Shown one piece after another: positions 58,950 to 64,000 of a stretch of DNA of 64,000 nt. The position numbers were made by a program, and so were the translations under genes. The notes beneath the pieces are model-generated. The model was not told the DNA's origin, did not search any database, and saw only the letters and a program-made list of their open reading frames with translations. This DNA is from Vicinamibacteria bacterium (GTDB lineage: Bacteria > Acidobacteriota > Vicinamibacteria > Marinacidobacterales > Marinacidobacteraceae). The stretch covers positions 960,001 to 1,024,000 of the forward strand of contig CAXXLQ010000004.1 in assembly GCA_963668695.2 (NCBI GenBank), read 5' to 3'. Each line of letters starts with the position of its first letter. Within the stretch, counting starts at the first letter, position 1.

Positions 58950-59276
58950 ATGAAACACCTCGCCCCCAAGAATCTCAAGGCCCGCTTCGCGACCGAATGG
59001 CTTGAGGGCGGCGGCGCGGCGCGCGCCACCGGCGACGACCCCGGACCCCACTATCCGTCCGGTTGTACGACCATCTTCTCCCCGGGCTGGGAGGTAGATG
59101 CGACGGGCGGGACTGCCGCGCTCTGCCAGCCGATGGAGCGGGACCTCTACGATTGCTACAAGACCTGCTACTGGCCGGCCCAGGTGCCCGACTACCTGAA
59201 CAACAGCCCCGACTGGCACAAGAACTGTGCTTCCGCCACCCAGGATTGGAGGGAGATCGACCTGGTATTCCCATGA
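58950..59276 (+). CDS. qhpC: QHNDH gamma subunit precursor (CTQ-bearing)
   Basis: Leader MKHLAPKNLKA; GCTTIFSPGWEVD...LCQPMERDLYDCYKTCYWPAQVPD...QDWR. Confidence 0.95.
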   Translation: MKHLAPKNLKARFATEWLEGGGAARATGDDPGPHYPSGCTTIFSPGWEVDATGGTAALCQPMERDLYDCYKTCYWPAQVPDYLNNSPDWHKNCASATQDWREIDLVFP

Positions 59277-60394
59277 GGAGCGCCTCCCTACCGTTCCAGG
59301 TTAGAGATTTCCAGTTCATGAAGATCAGGCCGCCCATCCTCGCGCTCGGGATCCTGGCGCTCGCCGGCGGCCCGGCGAGCGGACAGGACGCCGACCGGTT
59401 TCTGGCGGGCATCTGGCCCGACCAGCTCCTCACCTTCGACCAGGAGACCCTGACCTTCGAGAAGGTCGGGAACCTCCGGCATGGAGCGGCCACCAACAAT
59501 CAGTGGACCGCCGACGGGCGCTACCTCGCCGCCGTCACCGGACGCATGGAGTCCGTGGAAGTCTTCGACGCCGCCGAGATGGCCGTGGTAGACGACTTCC
59601 GGCTGAGCACCGTGGGCCGGCGCGTCCGCTTCATGAGTGCGGTTCCGGGCCCGGGAGCCCGGCGGATCTTCCTGGTTCCCGTCGTGGTGGACCTCGAACC
59701 CGATCGTTTCATCCACAAGACGCCCTCCGAGATCTGGGTATTCGACCGGGAGCGCCGTGAGGTCATCCACGAGATCCCCCTGGGCGACGCCAGCGACTGG
59801 CGTCCCAACATCCACTTCAGCCCCGACGGCTCTTCCATCTATCTGGTGAACGACCAGATCGTGGAATTGGACGCGGAGACCTTCGAAGAGACGGACCGGA
59901 TCGAGCTGGCCCGTCCCCTCGCCCCGGGCTACGGCGGGGTGCGTGGCCACTCGCTGAGCGAGATCGAGCCGGGACGGCTCTTCGGTGTGTACCGGACGAC
60001 GGAGCCCCTCCAGGGTATGGATCTTTTTGGGGTGCTGGAGATCCGGTTGCCCGACAAGACCTTTCGCCACTACGAGGTCGGGCCCTCCATGCGGCTCGCC
60101 CGCTTCGCACTCTCTCCCGACGGCAAGCGCGGCTACGCCGGGCTCACCGACGCCGCCGTGCTGGACATGGAGAGCCGCGAGGTCATCCTTCGGAAGAAGG
60201 GCTTCGAGCGGGGACGCGCCAACATTTCCATGATCGTCTCGGCTGACGGGAAACGGCTCTTCGTGTCCGGGGTCGGGGACACCATGTACGTGTACGACGC
60301 CGCCACGCTCGAACGCGAAACGGAGATCTTCGCCGGGGGCGACTTCATGATCGCCCCGCATCCGATCCGCTATCGGGCCTCGTCTGGAAACTGA
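59273..60394 (+). CDS. qhpB: QHNDH beta subunit (beta-propeller); alternative start at 59318
   Basis: Signal peptide MKIRPPILALG; propeller blades (FSPDG, LSPDG, SADG); C-terminal GGDF; follows qhpC. Confidence 0.8.
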   Translation: MRSASLPFQVRDFQFMKIRPPILALGILALAGGPASGQDADRFLAGIWPDQLLTFDQETLTFEKVGNLRHGAATNNQWTADGRYLAAVTGRMESVEVFDAAEMAVVDDFRLSTVGRRVRFMSAVPGPGARRIFLVPVVVDLEPDRFIHKTPSEIWVFDRERREVIHEIPLGDASDWRPNIHFSPDGSSIYLVNDQIVELDAETFEETDRIELARPLAPGYGGVRGHSLSEIEPGRLFGVYRTTEPLQGMDLFGVLEIRLPDKTFRHYEVGPSMRLARFALSPDGKRGYAGLTDAAVLDMESREVILRKKGFERGRANISMIVSADGKRLFVSGVGDTMYVYDAATLERETEIFAGGDFMIAPHPIRYRASSGN

Positions 60395-60477
60395 CTGGAG
60401 CGCCGGTCTCCAGACCGGCATCGCGGCCCGACAGGGCAGCGAAACTCCCGTCGTCACTCCCCGTATGACTCGCCGCC

Positions 60478-62166
60478 ATGCCCGGTAGCGGAACCAAGCC
60501 CCACCCACCTGACATCTATCGCCGGGCGTTCCGGCTGGCGCTCCCTTACTGGCGGCGGCTCTCGGGGGTCCTCGTCCTCTCGCTGCTCGCCGGGTTGCCG
60601 GGGCAACTCTGGCCCCTGCTGCTCGTTCCCCTGCTCGACGGTGCTCTCCTCGGCGGCGATTTCCGGCTGCTGATCCAGATCGCGGCGCTGATGGCGGCGC
60701 TGCAGATCGGCGGGCTGGTGCTGACGTCCTTCATCGGCTACCGCTACGTCGGGCTCTCCGCGCGGGCGCTCTTCGATCTCCGTCTCCTGGTGTACCAGCG
60801 TCTGCAGCGGCTCTCGCCTCGCTTTTTTGCCGGCGCCCGCACCGGGGATCTCCTCTCCCGGCTCAACACCGACGTGTCGGAACTGCAACGGACCGCGGGC
60901 GACCTGTTGCTCTCGCTGACGCAGAACGTCCTGGGACTCCTCGTCGCGCTGTCGCTGCTGCTGGTGCTCGCACCGGCGCTGCTCGTGCCGGCATTGCTCG
61001 TCCTGCCGTTCGCGGCGATCAGCCTGCAGCGGCTCCGGACGCGGGTGACCGATGACAACCGGAGACTCCGGGAGGCTGGAGCGTCGGTCGGCAGCGTGCT
61101 GGTCGAATCGGTGCTCGGAATGCGGCAGACGGTGGCCTTCGGTCAGGAGGAGCGCGAAGCGGGCCGGTTCCGCTCGGAGAACGACCGGTTCATCGACTCT
61201 CTGCTGCGAGCGCGCCGGACGACGTACGTGGCTTCCGGGATCCCGGCGTCCCTGGTCTCGATCGCGGGGGCGGCGGCGTTCCTTTACGGCGGCTACCAGG
61301 TAATCGAGGGGAACCTCACCCTCGGCACCCTCGGCGCGGCGATGACCTACCAGATGCGCCTTTTCGGGCCGGTGCAGGGTCTCCTCGGCCAGTATCTGGG
61401 CCTGCGCGCGGCCCGTGCGTCCTTCGAGCGGGTCTTCGAGTTGCTCGACGAACCGCCCGGCGTCGAGGATCCAAAAGATCCCGTCCCCGCGAGCAAGCCC
61501 CGCGGGCCGGTGCAAGTGGAAGGTGTCACGCTTTCCTACGGCCGAGGAGAGCACCCGGTCCTGGACTGCGCCTCGCTCACCCTCCCCGAACGCTCGCTCA
61601 CCGTGCTGGTGGGGCCGAGCGGGGTGGGCAAGACCACCCTCGCCGACCTGATCCTGCGGCGCCTGGACCCGGACGGCGGCAGGATCTTCTGGGGGGGCGC
61701 CGACATCCGGCGCCTTTCCCTCGCCGAGCTTCGGCGGGACGTCTCGGTTGTCGAGCAGGATCCCTTTCTGTGGCATGCACCGATCTCCGAAAACGTCCGC
61801 TATGGATGTCCGGACGCCAGCGAGGAGGAGGTCGCCAAGGCGTTGTGGCTCGCCGCAATCGATGACTTCGTGACGAGCCTCCCGGAGGGCGTTGCGACCC
61901 TGGTCGGAGAACGCGGGCAGCAACTATCCGCCGGGCAGCGACAACGGATTGCCATCGCCCGCGCGGTGCTGGCGGACCCGGCCTTGATCCTTCTCGACGA
62001 GCCGAGTTCGGCGCTCGACCGGGAAACGGAGGCGCTCCTGGTCGAACGGCTGGTTCCCTGGCTCAAGGAGCGGGCCGCGCTGGTGATGACCCACCGGCGG
62101 GCCTTCGCCCAGGCTGCCGACCAGGTGCTGGTCCTCCGCGACGGCCGCATCGAGGGCGCGGACTGA
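60478..62166 (+). CDS. qhpF: ABC exporter, QhpF-like
   Basis: TM domain, GPSGVGKTT, LSAGQRQR, LLDEPSSALD; within the qhp cluster. Confidence 0.8.
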   Translation: MPGSGTKPHPPDIYRRAFRLALPYWRRLSGVLVLSLLAGLPGQLWPLLLVPLLDGALLGGDFRLLIQIAALMAALQIGGLVLTSFIGYRYVGLSARALFDLRLLVYQRLQRLSPRFFAGARTGDLLSRLNTDVSELQRTAGDLLLSLTQNVLGLLVALSLLLVLAPALLVPALLVLPFAAISLQRLRTRVTDDNRRLREAGASVGSVLVESVLGMRQTVAFGQEEREAGRFRSENDRFIDSLLRARRTTYVASGIPASLVSIAGAAAFLYGGYQVIEGNLTLGTLGAAMTYQMRLFGPVQGLLGQYLGLRAARASFERVFELLDEPPGVEDPKDPVPASKPRGPVQVEGVTLSYGRGEHPVLDCASLTLPERSLTVLVGPSGVGKTTLADLILRRLDPDGGRIFWGGADIRRLSLAELRRDVSVVEQDPFLWHAPISENVRYGCPDASEEEVAKALWLAAIDDFVTSLPEGVATLVGERGQQLSAGQRQRIAIARAVLADPALILLDEPSSALDRETEALLVERLVPWLKERAALVMTHRRAFAQAADQVLVLRDGRIEGAD

Positions 62167-62183
62167 ACCCGGGACGGACCGCG

Positions 62184-62909
62184 GTGAAACCGCTTCGCAT
62201 CGCCGTTCTCGATACGGGAATCAATCCCTCGCACCGGCACGTGGGGCCCGTCGCGGGAGGCGTCCGCGTTTCGTGGAGCGAGGGAAGAGCGCGGTTGGCA
62301 GGCGGTCGCCCCGCCGACTGGACCGACGAAATCGGCCACGGCACCGCGGTGGCGGCAACCATTTCGGACGGCCTGCCGCGAGACGGCTTCGAGTTCTTGT
62401 CGGTGCGGGTCTTCGGACGCCGGACCGACGCTCCGCCCCAGTGCCTCGCCGCCGGGATTCGCTGGGCGGTAGACCAGGGCGCCGGAATGATCAATCTGAG
62501 CGCCGGCGTTGTGGTGGGCAGCGACCCGGAGGGTGAGGAGGCCCTCGAGGCCGCTTGGCAGGAAGCGGGCGAAGCGGGACTGACGCTGGTCGCTCCGAGA
62601 AGCCGGGACGGCACGCTTCTCGTGCCGGGGGTGCTGTCCCAATCGGCGGGATCGCTGGTAGTCGAAGCCGACGCCGGCTTCGACTACGGCCAACTGGGCC
62701 GGCGGGGGGAGGTTCTGATCGCCCCGCCCTGGGCGAGACCGCTACCGCCACTACCCCGAGAAAAGAACTTCTCCGGAGTGAGCCTCGCCGTCGCCGCGGT
62801 CACGAACCACGCGGCGCGCCTGCTGCTCGCCGGCCGGGTTCCGGCGGCGAGCACCCTGCGCGATTCGCTGCTGCGAATCGCGGACCCGGTGGCAGCGGAT
62901 CGCGATTGA
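62184..62909 (+). CDS. qhpE: Subtilisin-like leader peptidase QhpE
   Basis: IAVLDTGINPSH, GHGTAVA, INLSAG, FSGVSLA; short S8 domain without propeptide. Confidence 0.82.
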   Translation: MKPLRIAVLDTGINPSHRHVGPVAGGVRVSWSEGRARLAGGRPADWTDEIGHGTAVAATISDGLPRDGFEFLSVRVFGRRTDAPPQCLAAGIRWAVDQGAGMINLSAGVVVGSDPEGEEALEAAWQEAGEAGLTLVAPRSRDGTLLVPGVLSQSAGSLVVEADAGFDYGQLGRRGEVLIAPPWARPLPPLPREKNFSGVSLAVAAVTNHAARLLLAGRVPAASTLRDSLLRIADPVAADRD

Positions 62910-62938
62910 CCCTTCCCGGGTGAACCCCGGAACGCGAG

Positions 62939-64000
62939 TCAGTCCCGAGCGAGTGCGCTCCGGATGATTTCGTGCACCCGGGTGTTCAACCCGATGCCGA
63001 GCACCCCGTCAGCGCCGGGCCCGAAACCGAGAAGCAGCACCGGTTCGGAAGTGTGTCCGCCGGTGGACCAGACCACCTGGGTGTGGTTCGCAAGCTTCCG
63101 CGCGGCGAGCGCCACCGGAATGGAAACGGGATCGAGGTAGAAGGCCGGGAAGTCGCGGGGGGCCAGCTCTTCCTCGTTGAGCTGGCCGGCGAGATCTTCG
63201 GCTTCTGCATCGGAAAGCCGGATTCCGGTGGCCTCCTCGATTACTGCGAGCACGGAATCCGCGGTGGCCGGCGAGGAGATCTCCGGCATCGCTTCGATCA
63301 GGGAGCGACGCTGGGCGGCGAGCATCTCCAGGTGGCGGGTTCCGGCCATTTCCGGCCCGGCCCGGTAGTCCCAGGACACTGCTTCCGGCAGCGGGCCCGG
63401 CCCTCCTCCGGCGTAGGTGAACGAGAACCCGCCAGTGCCGTGATCCGCGGTCACGAGAACCAGCGTGTCCTCGCGACCCCGGGCGAAATCGAACGCGGTG
63501 CCGATCGCTTCGTCGAAATCGAGGATCTCGGCGAGCAAGGCCCCGGCATCGTTGTCGTGCCCGGCATAGTCGATGCGGCCCCCTTCGACCACCAGGAAGA
63601 AGCCGGCTTCGTTCCCCTCGAGCGATGCGATCGCGGCTTCGGTCAATTCGGCAAGGGTCGGCACCGAGTCATCAAGTCCTTCCCAGGACCGGTCGAGCAC
63701 ATAGGGAAGATGACTCGCCGCGAAGATGCCCACGAGCCGCTCGGCTCCGCGAGCCGCCTCCAGCCCGGCGCGGTCTCCGACCACCGCGAAACCCCGCTCC
63801 CGCGCTTCAGCGATCAGGTTTCGATCGTCGCTCCGATTCGAAGGACCGTCGGTCCCCGCCGGCAACCCCGGGACGCTCTCGCCGAGAGTCGTTTCCGCGG
63901 GGATCATTGCCCGGCCGCCCCCGCCGAGCAGCACCTCGACCGGGGGCTCTCCAAAGAGCTGGTCGGCGATCTCCGCCTCGGGGACATACCGCGACTTCGC
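62939..64000 (-). CDS. Alkaline phosphatase (PhoA family), 5' part outside the window
   Basis: VLLGGG, FFLVVEGGRIDYAGHDND, VLVTADHGTGG, GGHTSEPV. Confidence 0.9.
   Translation of the reverse strand, partial: AKSRYVPEAEIADQLFGEPPVEVLLGGGGRAMIPAETTLGESVPGLPAGTDGPSNRSDDRNLIAEARERGFAVVGDRAGLEAARGAERLVGIFAASHLPYVLDRSWEGLDDSVPTLAELTEAAIASLEGNEAGFFLVVEGGRIDYAGHDNDAGALLAEILDFDEAIGTAFDFARGREDTLVLVTADHGTGGFSFTYAGGGPGPLPEAVSWDYRAGPEMAGTRHLEMLAAQRRSLIEAMPEISSPATADSVLAVIEEATGIRLSDAEAEDLAGQLNEEELAPRDFPAFYLDPVSIPVALAARKLANHTQVVWSTGGHTSEPVLLLGFGPGADGVLGIGLNTRVHEIIRSALARD

Noticed and set aside
57491-62909. Novel sactipeptide/ranthipeptide RiPP cluster (radical SAM, Cys-rich peptide, ABC transporter, protease)
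   Set aside because: The peptide is clearly QhpC and is flanked by the alpha and beta subunits; this is the established QHNDH pathway.
1-64000. tRNA/rRNA genes, integrase, transposase or reverse transcriptase
   Set aside because: No recognisable sequence or ORF motif was found by eye; tRNAscan/Infernal would be needed to exclude small RNAs.

Overview
High-GC bacterial chromosomal window. The Mfd-PpiC-SurA synteny, gene content and Na+-NQR suggest a marine Acidobacteriota-like organism (inference only). Left: a complete Na+-translocating NADH:quinone oxidoreductase operon (nqrABCDEF-apbE plus an NqrM-like ORF), split by a Phd/VapC toxin-antitoxin pair. About 9.3-26 kb is accessory: a SNF2 helicase with two SWIM proteins (one with a histone-H1-like tail), a conserved hypothetical, a ~3.3 kb non-coding satellite of 31/33-bp monomers in a 64-bp higher-order repeat, an orphan SspD-like PAPS-reductase-family gene, a frameshifted SAM-methyltransferase-HNH fusion, a Uma2 nuclease, a thioredoxin-family gene with two decayed copies, and a decayed vapBC. 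Middle: mostly housekeeping genes (MdlAB-like ABC exporter, class V aminotransferase, M20 peptidase, mfd, PPIases, moaA, FKBP, D-aminoacylase, trxA, CDF transporter). Right: a full quinohemoprotein amine dehydrogenase cluster (qhpG, qhpA-D-C-B-F-E) with a Tat-signal DSD1-family PLP enzyme inside it, then a partial alkaline phosphatase. Intergenic DNA carries layered repeats: IS5-like MITEs, REP-like hairpins, and a ~16-18-nt motif (CCACCGGGAGAACTGG) that is present or absent, in either orientation, at equivalent positions inside the other repeats. The satellite/SspD locus and this micro-insertion motif are the most unusual signals. No rRNA, tRNA or CRISPR array was recognised.
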